Origin: Octopus bimaculoides
Taxonomy: Eukaryota
Length of the DNA: 64,000 nucleotides
Assembly (NCBI RefSeq): GCF_001194135.2
Contig: NC_068986.1
Coordinates: 51,588,353-51,652,352 of the forward strand
Direction of reading: 5' to 3'
The notes below the pieces were generated by a model. It was not told the DNA's origin, made no database searches, and saw only the letters and a list, made by a program, of their open reading frames with translations. Every line of letters begins with the position of its first letter. Within the stretch, counting starts at the first letter, position 1. Shown piece after piece: positions 25,739-39,983 of the stretch. Both the position numbers and the translations under genes were made by a program.

Positions 25739-26419
25739 TGAAATATTTAATTGAACCGTTTTGTAGACTCCTTATGTTTCAATATAGTCAAGATATTAGG
25801 AGAGGTTTAGTAAAATATTTATAACCTTTTATAGTGATACACTATACTGTGGTTGACTAGCTGAAATCCTTGTGATGAGATTTTTATAAAAATATTAATT
25901 TGAATATGTACATGTTGTTTAGTATGGACAGTATCACACAAGGTTAGTATTAAATGATTTAAGATATTCTTTAGAAGATCTTTAAGAAATAAAAAAAATG
26001 TGCTTTTCTGCAAATTATTTCTTTCAAAACAAAAACTGTTATACAAAGTTACAAAGTGATGAATGTTCTATGATATTAGTCAACACAGCAAAGTGAAAGA
26101 TTATTCGGAAGAGCAAAGTATTAAAATGTAAAAGTTTGTCTCACCAACAATAAATTCAGATACTCACCTGGAAAAGAAGAAAAGAAATATTTAATTGTTT
26201 ACTGAATACATGAGATAACAGTATATAGTTTTGTTTTCAAGCAAATATTATCACACAAAGCTATAAACCTGTACAAGGTTTCAAAAGCTGGTAAAAAGCA
26301 TGCTGTATATTTATTATTTAGTAAAACAAGCAGCTAATACAAGCTGATCCTTTATACAAAATGTTTTGGGCTGGAAAGGTTTCAGATTTATAAAAAAAAA
26401 TATTAGGCTTTGTTTTTAA

Positions 26420-26644
26420 TCTTTTATTCTTTTACTTGTTTGTCATTTGACTCCAGTTATGCTGGAGCACTGCCTTAAAGGGTTTTAGTCAAAGAAATCG
26501 ATGCCAAGACTTCTTTTTAAGCCTAGTACTTATTCTGTTGGTCTCTTTTGCTGAACTGCTAAGTTGTGGGGGATGTAAACACACCGACATTAGTTATCAA
26601 GCAATGGTGGGGAGACAAGCACAGACACACTCACATAAATATAG

Positions 26645-26705
<61 letters not shown>

Positions 26706-26853
26706 ATGTGGGCTTCTTTCAGTTTCCATCTACTAAATCTGCTCACAAGGCTTTGGTTGGCCCAAGGCTATAGTAGAAGAGACACTTGCCCAAGGTGCCA
26801 TGCAGTTGGACTGAACCTGGAACCATATGGTTGAGAAGCAAGCTTCTTACCAT
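26420..26853 (-). mobile_element. Composite SINE (A head + internal TA/CA microsatellite + B tail)
   Basis: B tail 26420-26630, microsatellite 26640-26705, A head 26705-26853. Confidence 0.85.
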
Positions 26854-27790
26854 CTATATATTATTTCAGAATGATTGTATATTTTGCATTTGATAGAACA
26901 GTTTGGTAGGATGGAAACGTCCAAGCACTTTTTGGAATTTTCCATCTGTAGCATATCCCAGACGTGTAAAACTTTAGAATTATGCAATCTCTTTTTTTTA
27001 TATTATTATTTCTATAAACTTGCAGCATTAAATTTCTCTTTAAAGGCAAAGGAATAGAAGAACCAATAGTTCAATAGCATCATAACTAGTCAAAGTAGTA
27101 AACTTAAGATATTCATTTTCAACTTATGTAATATAGACTGGAAAGGAATGGCTGATATACATATTTCAAAAAGTTGTACAAGAGAAGGAGAAAATGAGAA
27201 AGCTACACTGGTAATAAATAATGAGTACAAGTTGCATATTGTCAACTTTCCAATTCAATAAATGTGATGCATTTAGATTGTAAAATAGTTTTCATAGGAA
27301 TCTAGAGATGTTGAAGGTTTTGGCAGTTTCTGTAGCAAAAGAAGAAAAATACAATGAGATGCTTGTTGCTTCATGTGTTTCATAGAAGTAGTTTTGAAAA
27401 CATTAGTATTGATTTACATCAGATGGACCGAGGAAACTTATGGACTAGTGTGAATAAAATGTCAGTAGCTACAAATTAGCCAGCTATATTTATATCTTTA
27501 GAGATTAGATGTGAAATATTCATCAGGAAGCTTTCAGTTTACAAAGTTGAGTGGTCGATCAGCTAAACGACAAGTGGGTAGATACTGTTAGCACACATGA
27601 GAGTACGAATCTTATACATTAAATAAAATAATAGTGAATGATGTGTAACTAATACATTAATATAATACTGTAAGCCTATCTCATACAAGTCAGAATGAAG
27701 AAGCACACTTAGAATACATGATGATTTTGCTGATAGGAAACCAATTGATCATTTATCAAAACTTATCCCAGCATTCTATATATTTACAGT

Positions 27791-27855
<65 letters not shown>

Positions 27856-28374
27856 CATCATCGTTTAACGTCCGCTACAAATACGCATAAACACACATTG
27901 CAGCCAATGCTGTCTTATTAATGTTTATATATCATAAATTTTATATGTGCCAGCATTTTATTCGAAGCCTGTTTTAAGTGCGTATTTTAATTTATATATT
28001 AATATATTTTTCTTAGCAATTATTTTTATTTCTGATTTCATTTTCTACTTTAAGATTTTGTAACTTATATCTAAATTGTATTCTACTCTAAATTTTACAC
28101 TTCAATGTTTTCAAAATTGTTTTCTTTTACATACAATATCTTGACACATTTTATTGTCTAACTCTTTCAGATGCCTTTCTACCAAATTATTGCAGACAGT
28201 TGACTAAATTATTTATCTTTCTCTCTATCCATCAAATTTTAAAACTCAAAGGTAACTGGAAATATATATATTTAAGATCTACAGAATAGTAATAATTAAA
28301 GGTGCTAAAATACTAGTCTGCAAGTTATGCGCTTCAGCTTTGTTGTAGCCACTGAGTTAAGTAATACCTATATT

Positions 28375-28745
28375 CCTTTATTCTTTTATTTGTTTATTTG
28401 TTTCAGTTATTTGACTGTGGCCATGCTGGAGCACTGCCTTTAGTTGAGCAAAATTATCCCAGGACTTATTCTTTGTAAGCCTAGTACTTATTCTATTGGT
28501 CTCTTTTGCCAAACTGTTAAGTTACGGGGACGTAAACGCCTCATCAGTCATGAAGCGATGTTGGGGGACAAACACACACACATGATGGGCTTCTTTCAGT
28601 TTCCGTCCACCAAATCCACGCACAAGGCCTTGGTTGGCCCGATGTTATAGTAGAAGATACTTGCGCAAGGTGTCACGCAGTGGGACTGAACCCGGAAGCA
28701 TGTGGTTGGTAAGCAAGCTACTTACCACACAGCCACTCTTGTACC
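28375..28745 (-). mobile_element. Composite SINE (A head + short CA run + B tail)
   Basis: Same architecture as 26420; relatively CpG-rich, so probably a younger copy (inference). Confidence 0.85.
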
Positions 28746-29060
28746 TATATGATAACTCAATCAGAATCACATTGCCCTTATACTAAATTATTACATTTGC
28801 TTCACAGTGAATTACTGAAGTTGCAAAGGGATTAATTTATTTTGAATAACCATTTTGCTTTTATTTGTTTTTTTTCTTTCCCTATCAGGTGTGGCTGTGT
28901 CGTTAGAAGTTTGCTTCTCAACCACATAGCTTTACAGCAGTCATACTGTGCTGCAACTTGTACAGGTATCTTCTGGTATAACCCCAGACTGACTAAAGCC
29001 TTGTGAGTGGATTTTGTTTAGAGAAACTGGAAAGAAGCCTGCCATGTATGTATGTATGTA

Positions 29061-29119
<59 letters not shown>

Positions 29120-29136
29120 ACATATGTATGCATGGA

Positions 29137-29178
<42 letters not shown>

Positions 29179-29809
29179 TGTGTGTGTGTTAATGTTTCCC
29201 TATATTTACACTGTATGACAATTGTAAGTGAGGGCCATCATCATGCAAGTGGTGTCCTTTGTTTCAGGTCATCTGAGACATATCTGGTCATGGGAAATAT
29301 TATCTTACTAGAAAACAGAGAAGAGTTTGTGACAAGAAGAGCATCTGACCTTAAAAAAAATCCACCTCAGCAAATTCTGTCCAACCCATGCAAGCAAGGA
29401 AATGTAGAGGTTAAATGATGATGATGATCAAATTTATTATGCTAGCATAAAGAGGAACATTCTAGTGGTTCCACTATCTTGACAATGTTGCGTAAAATTT
29501 GCTGCTTTCTTTCAGCCAATATGTTTCCATAATTGTGGTTTTTCAGACCAATTTATTTACAAAGGCCAGGATTCATAGTATTGGGAATCTCATCCTTTTG
29601 TATTTTACAAATTGAGGAAACATCAGTGATATTTTATGCATTCAAACATTATTCTATTTCCAGCAAAACATTCAATGCAGCAATAAAAAAAAAAGTATAT
29701 ATTTCTATCATTGAAAGTAGTTTTAGAAAAGAAAATATGCAACACAGTATTTGTTTTTGGAAAGATAGATGTATTTCAGATATAGCTTAGATAGGTATAT
29801 ATTGGCAAA

Positions 29810-29990
29810 TAATCATGAAGTCTCAGATTTAAGTCTGCTGTATGGAATTTTTGGAAACTGCACCCCTCCTCCAGCCATTACTTTGCATCAAACCAAGTCT
29901 TGTGAGAAAAACTGGGTTGACAGAAATGGTATGGAAGCTTATTGGGTGGCTTCCAGCCTTGTCATGCATTGTGTCATGCTGTTTCAGTCA
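29810..29990 (-). mobile_element. Possible highly decayed Tc1/mariner (maT-like) catalytic-domain relic
   Basis: One minus frame reads FCQPSFSHKTWFDAK*WLEEGCSFQKFHTADLNLRLHDY, loosely like FQQDSAPSHK...W..E...SPDLNPLDY. The similarity is weak. Confidence 0.3.
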
Positions 29991-31306
29991 GAGAATTGTG
30001 CTAAAGCTTACATGCTTTTTAAACATTAATTAAACAAATAGCTAGCCCAATCAATCAAGAAACAAAATGCTAACCAGCAAAAACCTATATTAACTCCATC
30101 TTCATACATTAGTGAGACTTCCATAGTGGTCAATAGACTTGCAAAAGGGCTGATAGACCGGTAAGGGAGTACCATTAGATCAACTGTGTGAAACAAAATT
30201 AGACAGGATATTGAGTAATACGACAATTTTTAGCTTGTGACTATACATCATTTCTAATTTCAAATGATTAACATTAACAGATTTCAGCTTTAGATATTTT
30301 AATTCGAAAGAAAGCATAATTTGATGAAAATTGAAACACCAACATTCCTCAAATGAAAGAAACATGATAAGCTCCAACTAATGAGGGAGACTATGGGGTA
30401 GCCTCACCTACAGAAAATGGTAAACACATCTTTCTCAAATTACACCATAAAGTCTTGGAAATTGATAAGCATATTGGATAGTGTAGGCCAAGATACACGA
30501 AGCCCAAAAATAGGTAATGATGGCCAAGGATAGAACATTTTTGAACATAGATCTGCTCAGTCCAGGCTAACATCAATAACATTATAAACCTTATTTTTTA
30601 CTATTTACATTGACTTTTGATAAAGAAAAAACTTTTCACACAAAAACTATAGTGTCTGTATTGGTCAGGGATAAAAACGTGGTTCCATTCCTGTCAGAGG
30701 CAACCATATTTTTCTCTTCGGATGCCAAGTTTGTACAAGTGTATTTGTTTATGCTAATAATCTGAGAAGTTATACAATCAAATCTACTACTACAAACTGA
30801 TGGATATATGTAAGTTTGAGACAAAATTTAACCTTAAAATCACTTAGCAAAACAGAGTTGTATTTTCTCTAATACAAGTACAAAGAAAAGATTATAAGAG
30901 AAAAGTAAATGTCAATGCAACTAATTTAATCTACTTTAAATAAAAATTTCTCTAGAATCATTGTAAGATTAAGAAATAATATAAACAAGTTGACTAGTCA
31001 GATGTTATTACTTTCAAAAATACACAGAGATTACAACCAATAATCCCAAATGAAAGATTCATGAATGGTTTGTCCAAAAGTCCTCAAAACAGAAGCTTCA
31101 AGACAGGGGAGAAACTTAAGCCATCAGTAATTTACTAATTCAGCTAAACTTGAATGTTATGAAGAATTTTCCAAAAAACGAATCTTCCAAAATATGACTG
31201 TGATGCATTTAAATGATCTGCTTTTAAAATTTCGAAATAACTTAGTGGAAATGCATACACACTTATGCATGCATTCACTAACAATATCTTGTTCCCATAT
31301 ACACAC

Positions 31307-31495
31307 ATATATTGATATTGCACACATATACACACATATATACATACATACATATATATATACATACATATATACATACATATATATATACATACATATA
31401 TACATACATATATACATACATATATATATACATACATATATACATACATATATATATACATACATATATACATACATATATATATACATACATAT

Positions 31496-31526
<31 letters not shown>

Positions 31527-31610
31527 CATACATATATACATACATACATACATATATATATACATACATACATATATATATATACATACATACATACATA
31601 TATATATATA
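31307..31610. repeat. Compound (TACA/TA)n microsatellite
   Basis: Directly visible; source of the ORFs at 31144-31619. Confidence 0.95.
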
Positions 31611-31758
31611 AATAAATAAATTAATTAATATAAACAGCTAGATGCAGTATAAGACCATAAAGGAAAAATTATCATCACTACTTGTGACTGAGGGTGCTGA
31701 AGCACCTATATAGCAAGAAATAAGAAAACTCATAATGCTTTATGCAACACACAATATA

Positions 31759-31799
<41 letters not shown>

Positions 31800-31827
31800 A
31801 GATACTTATACATATACATATGCATAC

Positions 31828-31877
<50 letters not shown>

Positions 31878-32177
31878 ACACACACATATGCATACATATA
31901 TTAAAATGTACATATGTTTGTATGTTATTAGGCCTTAGCCAACAGTTTATTTATAAAACTGAGGAAGCCTTTGCACAATCATTTATCCATCAAGTAATGG
32001 AAATCAAATTAATTATACTCAAACCCTATCATCTTCAAAAAAAAATGAGAACACATCACATATTGTAGTCATTACACAAAGGGTGGGAGAGGTATGGTTA
32101 AAATGTTGCTGATCATAGATTTTGCTAAATTAGCACTGCCCTAAAGTAAATATCAACTTCTAGTCACAAAAAGTATG

Positions 32178-32690
32178 TTTTCTTTTTCTTTTTTTCACTA
32201 GTTGAGTCTAGAGAAAGAGGGCCTGAGAAGGCCACTGGTCTTTGCAAGCCTTCTTAGACCAGAGAAATTAATGTCATTAATGTCCCTCTTGAACCTTTTC
32301 AAGTCAACAACCATGGGAAATATGAGCAAGGATGGAATCCAAGAGGGCCAATATTCTGGGAAGGGCTCCATGTAGTGATTAGTAGAGGAGCTGAAATGGA
32401 ACTTGAACACAAGAGGAAGAAGAGAGTGGGTCAGGAATACCTAAGCAGAGGTGGCATGAAGCTAACAAACTCCAAGGAACAAAGACCATTATAGTAAGCA
32501 GAGAAAGAAAATAATGTTTCACTGGGCCAGAAGCTCAAGTCTGTCTGTGAGTGACTTTATGCCATTCAGTAGGGTAGTCCTTTTCTGGAGGCAGCAGCAT
32601 CTGCTGCACAATTCCAGATTTTAGAGCAATGCTCTAAAGCCAGGTCGGCATGGAAAATGTTAAATGAGGATGACTCTATTGTGAGCCTCA
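32178..32690 (-). mobile_element. Non-LTR retrotransposon (CR1/Jockey-group) ORF2 3' relic with A-rich tail
   Basis: Minus frames give LALEHCSKIWNCAA (cf. LEYCSHIW), SAYYNGLCSLEFVSFMPPL (cf. YRYYNG.CS.EL..LVPP), TNHY...FPRILALLDSILAHI (cf. FPRT..LWNSLP.HIFP) and DLKRFKRDIN. An A-rich tail lies at 32178-32197. Confidence 0.75.
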
Positions 32691-32735
32691 TGTGAGCTTT
32701 GTATTATGTTCTTTTTGATTTACTTTAGAAACATG

Positions 32736-33092
32736 AGCATGGCTGTGTGATAAAGAAGCTCACTTTGCAACCATGCAGTTTTGGGTTCGGCCCTATTATG
32801 TGATACCTTGGGCAAGTATCTTTTACTATATCCTCATGCTAGGCAATGACTTGAGATTGAATTTGGTAGATGGAAACTACATATATATAAGTATGTATAT
32901 ATGTGTGCGTTTGCTTCTCCACTACTGCTTGATAACTTGTGTAGGTTTGTTTACATCTCTATAACTCAGTGGTTTGGCAAAAGGGGCCAATAGAATAAAT
33001 ATCAAATTTCAAAAAATATTTGTTTGACTAAAACCCTTAGAGGTAGTGTCCCTGCATGGCTGTAGACCAATGACTGAGGCAAGTAAAAGATA
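32736..33092 (+). mobile_element. Composite SINE (A head + microsatellite + B tail)
   Basis: GCATGGCTGTGTGATAAGAAGCT head, TA run, GCATGGCTGTAGACCAATGACTGAGGCAAGTAAAAGATAAAA tail. Confidence 0.75.
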
Positions 33093-35278
33093 AAAAATAC
33101 TATAAAAAAAACTATTGATCTTGAGAATAAAAATTTTTTTTTATAAAACGACATGCATTTTTTCCAAAAGCTGAATATTAATTATATAATATGGCAAATC
33201 AGCATAATTCAACTTTGTCTCTGGTTAATTGTAGAGGGAAATAATATTAGTTAGAGATCTCAGATGAAGAGGAATGGAGAAATAGTAATGTTAATTAAAT
33301 ATAATCATGACTCTACAAGTCAGAAACAGTTATAAATTTGCTCTAAGATTTTATTTAGAATTTTTTTTTTTTTAATTATTTGTTTGAAAGGATTAAATTC
33401 ATTTACAATTTAAAAATACGCATGTTTCTATTTTGCTGGTGTTTCTTTTATATCTTGAAGTAGATGCTTTAGTTTCAATATGCTATCCCCATAGTGAACT
33501 ACTCAATTATAAAGGACTATTGTTTTATTTTTGGTTAAGCAAACAGATAGTGGTTGAGTAACATGGGCTTGCAGTGGCTTTAAAATATTGAACAACAAGA
33601 TGCTGGAGTCTTATTACTACTACTACTACTACTACCACCTCTTTACCCTTTTTGTCTTGCCAAACAGATCATGTAGTCAGTGTACTTCAAAATTTTTCAA
33701 TTATTTCCAGGATGATAAGCAAATCTATTTAATTGATTTGTATTTAAATTAAATATCTTCCAAGAAGTATTGTCAATCTGAAGTACCTTCACTTATATTT
33801 GGAAAAGAAGAATCTTTCATGATAAAATAATGTAAATTTGAAAAAAAAAAAAATTTTTTTCTTCTATAAATTGGAACTTAAAAAATGCTTCTGAATGTAC
33901 TTGATGCATGTGCATGTGTGTGCACGTGTGTGTGTGTGTGTGATGTGATGTATGTGTGTTTTATATCATCAGTTCATACCTGTCAACTTCAACAAAATCT
34001 AGGAGTACATGATGAATACTGTCAAAAGCAGAGTAATGTTTTTGTTGTTTTCAACAGAGAATTTTGGCTCCATATATAAAATTAAAAACATATATTGTGT
34101 GCATGTTGCAATTCCATGTCATCTTCCAGTTATTAATCACTAGAATAGAATGTTAATGCACTTTAGCAGTTATGAATGAAAAAAAAAATTAATTAACTTT
34201 CAAAAAGAAAAATCAGTAAATTTGTTTTTGTGTATAATTCATATCTATGACGATGATTTAAATACTTATTATGGAGAATGATTATGTATAGCTAATCTTA
34301 TATGTAATTTTTAATAGCAAACAAAATGAAGTACAAGTAATATGAAATAATATACAAATGCTGGATTTTGTTTCTTTTGACAAATGGCAACATCTTGAAA
34401 ATGTTATGATCATTAGACATAGACAAAGCAAGATCATCATCATCATCATTGTTTAACATTTATGTTACTTGGTGCCATGGGTTGAGCAGTTTGACAAGAT
34501 CCAATGGATATAAGGACTGCATTATACTCCAGTATATGCTTTGACATGGTTTCTATGGTTGGATGCCCTTCCTAATGCCAACCACATTAGAGTATATCAA
34601 AGTATGGCTACTCCTATTTAGTAGGAGACAAAGAGAATGATCAGTAGGAGCTGTAATATGCTTACAAAAGCATTGTAGCAGTTTTCAGGTTTTGAATGTT
34701 AAGCAATGGATGAAAATCAGCTTTTAGGAGAGATGGAGAAAAAGAATAAAAGAAGCAACTTAATTCATAGTCACACAACTGACAGAAACATCGCATTATA
34801 CATTTGAAAAGAATTGCCTTTTTTGACAAATATATTTCTGTCAAGAAGATTTCGAAGTACTCCATTATATACACATATGCACACCAACTGCCAAATACAC
34901 CTATCATCATCCTTTTTACTGTTCTTCCATGCTAGCATGGGTTAGACAGATCTTCTCCAATATACTATCTAGCCACTTGGCATATTGAACTTGATAATAT
35001 ATATATACATAAATCTGTGTGATTCACTCCATTGCAGCACATAATGTCTCACTCAAAGTTATATTTATGGTGACAAAAATAATGAACAGCTATGTAAGGA
35101 ATTACTAGCATCATAAAAATATGTAAACTACAAATAAAGCAGTTTCTTTGAAGTCTTGGGGTGCCTACAAAGCTATTGGTACACTCTTTTCTCACAGACC
35201 ATTACAATAGAAATAGATATATCATCATAATCATCATTCTTTTAATGTCCACTTTCCCATGCCTGCATGGGTTGGATG

Positions 35279-35445
35279 TACTAGTATAGCTAGTGAGTGT
35301 GCAGTAGAGGCGGTCTGCCCTGGGTGGCACTTTGAAAGGGGCACCACTTTTGAGTCTGCTGTAGGCAATATATAATTTTTGTGGGGTCCAGTGGTGGCAA
35401 ACGGAAGGGCTATCCCAGGTAGCACACACTCTAGCTATGCTAGTG
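35279..35445. mobile_element. hAT-type MITE (167 bp) inserted into a family D copy
   Basis: TIRs TACTAGTATAGCTAGTGAGTGTGC and GCACACACTCTAGCTATGCTAGTG; 8-bp TSD GTTGGATG (35271-35278) and GTTGGAAG (35446-35453). The host repeat spans about 35222-35560. Confidence 0.8.
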
Positions 35446-35954
35446 GTTGGAAGGAATTTGTTGAGGTAGATTTTCTACAGCCAGATGCCCTTCCTGTCAA
35501 CAACCCTCACCTGTTTCCAAGCAAGATAACATTTCCCCTTGACCAAACATATTTACACAGAATATTGGAACTGAATGACACTTGTATGCAACATTCATGT
35601 GATTTCAAAACAAGGACATACACACACATATGATGGGCTTCTTTCAGTACAAAAACCACTCAGAAGGCTTTGGTCATCCTGGGGGATATAACAGAAGACA
35701 CTGGCTAAAGGTGCCATGCCATGGGACTGAATCTGAAACCACGTAGCTGGGAAACAAACTTTGCCACAAAGCCATGCCTGTATATGTATATACTTATATT
35801 TATTTTTCATTGTTGAGCTCCATATCAGCCCTATTCAAACTGACAGAAGACTGAAGGCTTTCCAAACATGTCTATCACAACTCATATCGAAGCATAGTGC
35901 ACCTAGGACTTCATTATTCAGTGTGTCCTTTTCTAAGACTGTAATGTATGCATT

Positions 35955-36230
35955 GTGAAGGCACGTAGGTTAGTGGTTAGGGTATTCAGCTCATGATTGC
36001 AAAGTCATGAGTTCAATTCCTGGCAGCGTGTTGTATCCTTCAGCAAGAAATTTTATTTAATGTTGCTCCAGTCTACTCAGCTGGCAAAAATGAGTAGTAC
36101 CTATATTTGTGTCACATTGAATCTTCCTGAGAACTACATTAAGGATATGCATATCTGTGGAGTGCTCAGCCACATGCACGTTAATTTCACAAGCAGGCTG
36201 TTCCATTGATCAGATCAACTGGAATCCTTG
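35955..36230 (+). mobile_element. tRNA-head SINE family H
   Basis: GGTTAGTGGTTAGGGTATTC (A-box-like) ...GAGTTCAATTCCTGG (B-box-like) ...GTTGCTCCAGTCTACTCAGCTGGCAAAAATGAGTAG. Confidence 0.7.
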
Positions 36231-36368
36231 TTATAACCAATGGAGTACTAACAACAACTACAACAAGTGTATGCTTAACAGAAATCTGTTCTTGTAGGTT
36301 GGGTAAGTACTTAGAGAGTCCTTTGTTTGCTTATATATTTGTATATATATTTTGCGCGCACGTGTGTG

Positions 36369-36409
<41 letters not shown>

Positions 36410-36653
36410 GAGTGAGTATACATGTGTATATGTGCATGTGGGAGATTATCTTAAGAAGACCATACAAATAGAATATATCCGAACATAAAGTGAAACATTA
36501 ATTTACACACAATGGGTCCATCAATTGCATAAGTTATGGGTTTCAAAAGCAACAGATACATTGGTTTCTCCTGAGGGAAAACCAATATATCTACTAGTTT
36601 TGAAACCTTTGTACAACTGCTGGATGCTCAGCTTGTGTATATGTATGTGTATA

Positions 36654-36690
<37 letters not shown>

Positions 36691-37579
36691 ATGTGATTAA
36701 TTACTAGATGTATATGAGAATACTCAATAATAAGTAAAGTGGATATATGCATATTTCAAGTTGAAGAACTGACTCTAATATGATTTACTACACACTATGC
36801 TCTTCAAATTGAAATAAATAACTGAAACACCTCCAAATACAAATAACTTGAATGAAAAAAATCAAACAAACAAAAATAAATAAATAAATAAATAAATAAA
36901 ATTTCACTTGTACTTCTGTGCAGGAGTGAAGATATTTAAAATACTAGGTTTAAGATATAAGCCAAATGATTGAAACAAGTAACAGAATAAAAGAATGTAT
37001 ATACATACATGTAGACATACATACACACACACATTCTACTGATGAGATCTCACATAGTTTCCACCAACCAATATTCACTCAATAGGCTCACAATTTCAAT
37101 TACAATGTATGACATACTGTGCCACACACTATGACTCAATAGGAAACCATGTAGCTGTGAAGCAAACCTAGTAACCATACAGCCATACCTGTATGGAGTG
37201 TATTGAATTTCTCTACTTTGAATTCATGTGGTTTCATTATGACACGGTATAGTGACAGCTATGCATTTAGAGCAAGAAGCAACAGGAGGAATAAAACTTG
37301 AATTTTTAACAAGTCTTGGCACTCTAAGTAACACTGGAAACATGGCAACATTTGACAATTTTTGTACAGTGCATTATAAAAAAAATGTTTAAAAAGAGTA
37401 TCTAATCCAATTTTTAAAATGTGAGAGAGTGAATAAATGAATTAGTGATTGTGTGCTCACTATGTTTATATAAATATATGCCATTTATATAAATGTAAGG
37501 TTCAATGATGCTGAAATTTTAAATATATGCACCAAACTAAAGCAATAAAAATATGACATACAGATTTAAAACCTCAAAT

Positions 37580-37993
37580 NNNNNNNNNNNNNNNNNNNNN
37601 NNNNNNNNNNNNNNNNNNNNNNNNNNNNNNNNNNNNNNNNNNNNNNNNNNNNNNNNNNNNNNNNNNNNNNNNNNNNNNNNNNNNNNNNNNNNNNNNNNNN
37701 NNNNNNNNNNNNNNNNNNNNNNNNNNNNNNNNNNNNNNNNNNNNNNNNNNNNNNNNNNNNNNNNNNNNNNNNNNNNNNNNNNNNNNNNNNNNNNNNNNNN
37801 NNNNNNNNNNNNNNNNNNNNNNNNNNNNNNNNNNNNNNNNNNNNNNNNNNNNNNNNNNNNNNNNNNNNNNNNNNNNNNNNNNNNNNNNNNNNNNNNNNNN
37901 NNNNNNNNNNNNNNNNNNNNNNNNNNNNNNNNNNNNNNNNNNNNNNNNNNNNNNNNNNNNNNNNNNNNNNNNNNNNNNNNNNNNNNNNNNNNN
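37580..37993. other. Assembly gap
   Basis: N run followed by (TA)n. Confidence 1.
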
Positions 37994-38035
<42 letters not shown>

Positions 38036-38267
38036 AAGTAGAAATGGATGCACTCAGAGCTCGACAATTTTACCACTCAGGTTTCAGCTCTTGTCGTTAA
38101 TCACATTAAACTCCTACTGTTGCATGATCATACAGGATTTTATGCTTGCTGCTTATATGAAGTACATCTATGGATAACATTCATAGTCAGACATCATTTA
38201 TTACCAAATACTGAAACATATGTAACAAGTGAAATAAAGGAAGGCCAAGTTCAAGTCCATGTTCTTT

Positions 38268-38450
38268 TCTCTCATTACATGTCTCTGCAGAGTGGTTAGT
38301 GTTAGGAAGGGCATCCAGCCGTAAAAACCATGCCAAAACAGACACAGAAATTTGGTGCAGTCTTCTACCTGGCCAGCTCCTGTCCAACCATTCAGCTCAT
38401 GCCAGCATGGAAGGTGGACATTAATCAATGACAATGATGATGGTGTTGAT
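38268..38450 (+). mobile_element. SINE/LINE-tail family D
   Basis: GTTAGGAAGGGCATCCAGCCGTAAAAACCATGCC...CATGCCAGCATGGAAGGTGGACATTAA with a GAT-repeat tail. Confidence 0.8.
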
Positions 38451-39776
38451 GACATACACACACATGTATGTATGCATGTGCATGTCTATGTATGTAAATG
38501 CATGAGCATGTCTATGTATGCAAATGCATGTCTATTTCTAGTTATAGTAGTTGATGTATAAGAACAAAGTTGAAAAGTCTACAATCATATTCAACAATTT
38601 GTTTCTTTTTTTATTGCTAAGTAGGAGGGAAAAGAACAGCATTTATGATACTATTCAGAGCTTATGAGACTGATGAGAAGAAAAGTAGATATTACTGTTA
38701 GACTGGGGATTTGGCTGAACTGCTTGCAGCAAGGTAAACTTTATTTAAGTTTAATAAAGCTCACCCCAGCTCTTATCTCACCATCGATGTGGTAACAAAC
38801 AATATATATAACAATGCATTCATTTTGTAAGCATTTGCAATTCCAGAATTAGTTCAGTTGCTTAGTTTTATTTTGGAATGGGTTGGTTGACAAATAAATA
38901 TAAATCATTGAGATGTGTTCAAACAAACTGAATGAAGAAAATAAGAGAAAAAAAATGGGGCAAACACAAGTTGGTCTTCATTACAGAGAAGACATTTGAA
39001 AGCAATTCCTATTATCTTTCACTAAATATTCTTTCAGATACAATCTATTTCCCAACGACACTATGTTTTGCACAAGTTGTCTCTCTCTTTCTGCTGCCTC
39101 CTACAACTATAAACTAAAAATAACTTAAATTGTTATCTATAATCTTGGCTGCTGCTTTCAATAATAGATTGCAATTTATATAACATTCTGCAATGAACTA
39201 GGACATGGGGAGGAAAAGAGGTGGGGGGAAAAGAATAAAGACGATTGAATTAATGTTTTTGGTAAGGATATTTAAAACCAATAATCAAACTAGTCAGATA
39301 AATTTATTTGATTCAACAGTCAGATCAGATGATTGCTGTTCTAGTCTTTTATTCTTTTACTGGTCTCAGTCATCAGACTGCAGCCATAACAGGGCACTGC
39401 CTTCAAAGACTTTAATCAATTATATTGACCCTTCTCTGCCCCTGGTGCTTTGCTTTGTAATAATTCTCTAATTCTATAAGCAGGAGATGAAAGGCAAAAG
39501 GTTGGCTAGTTGTAGAAATAATTTAACCCATTTGATACCAACCTACCTGAGACCGCCTTTAGTTCTGTGATATAAAAGTCCTATTTCAAAGAGATTTAAA
39601 TTAAAACCTTCTATCAAAATTTTATGCTGATTAATGTTCTAAATACCAGTTATTCTACTAAAGTTTTCAATATTTTCAAAATCAATAGAAATAAAGGCAG
39701 TATATGCCAACAAAAATATGTTCACAAAAAATATTAAGAAATATTTTCAGAATTGTTAGAGCATCAGATGAACTGC

Positions 39777-39983
39777 TTAACCCTTTAGCATTCAGATTAC
39801 TGTCATGCTTATATTTTTTACATTGTTTTGAATTAATCATGCTTTATCTCATAGCTTCAAGGCTTTGATGATGTGATTTCTTTATTTTTAGAATGACATA
39901 GAGAAGGTGTGAGAGGTCAAATTTGGTTCATTTTTGAACATAAAACAGAATATTTTGGCTGGATATGGCTGGTTTAAATACTA
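39777..39983. mobile_element. piggyBac-type MITE (family E), right end decayed
   Basis: TTAA CCCTTTAGCATTCAGATTAC start; body matches 58922-59142. Confidence 0.75.

Noticed and set aside
32258-32493. Apparent plus-strand exon TREINVINVPLEPFQ... bounded by TTAG and TA|GTAAGC, with a strong acceptor at 32201
   Set aside because: It is the antisense of a LINE ORF2 relic, and the pyrimidine tract is that element's A-rich tail.
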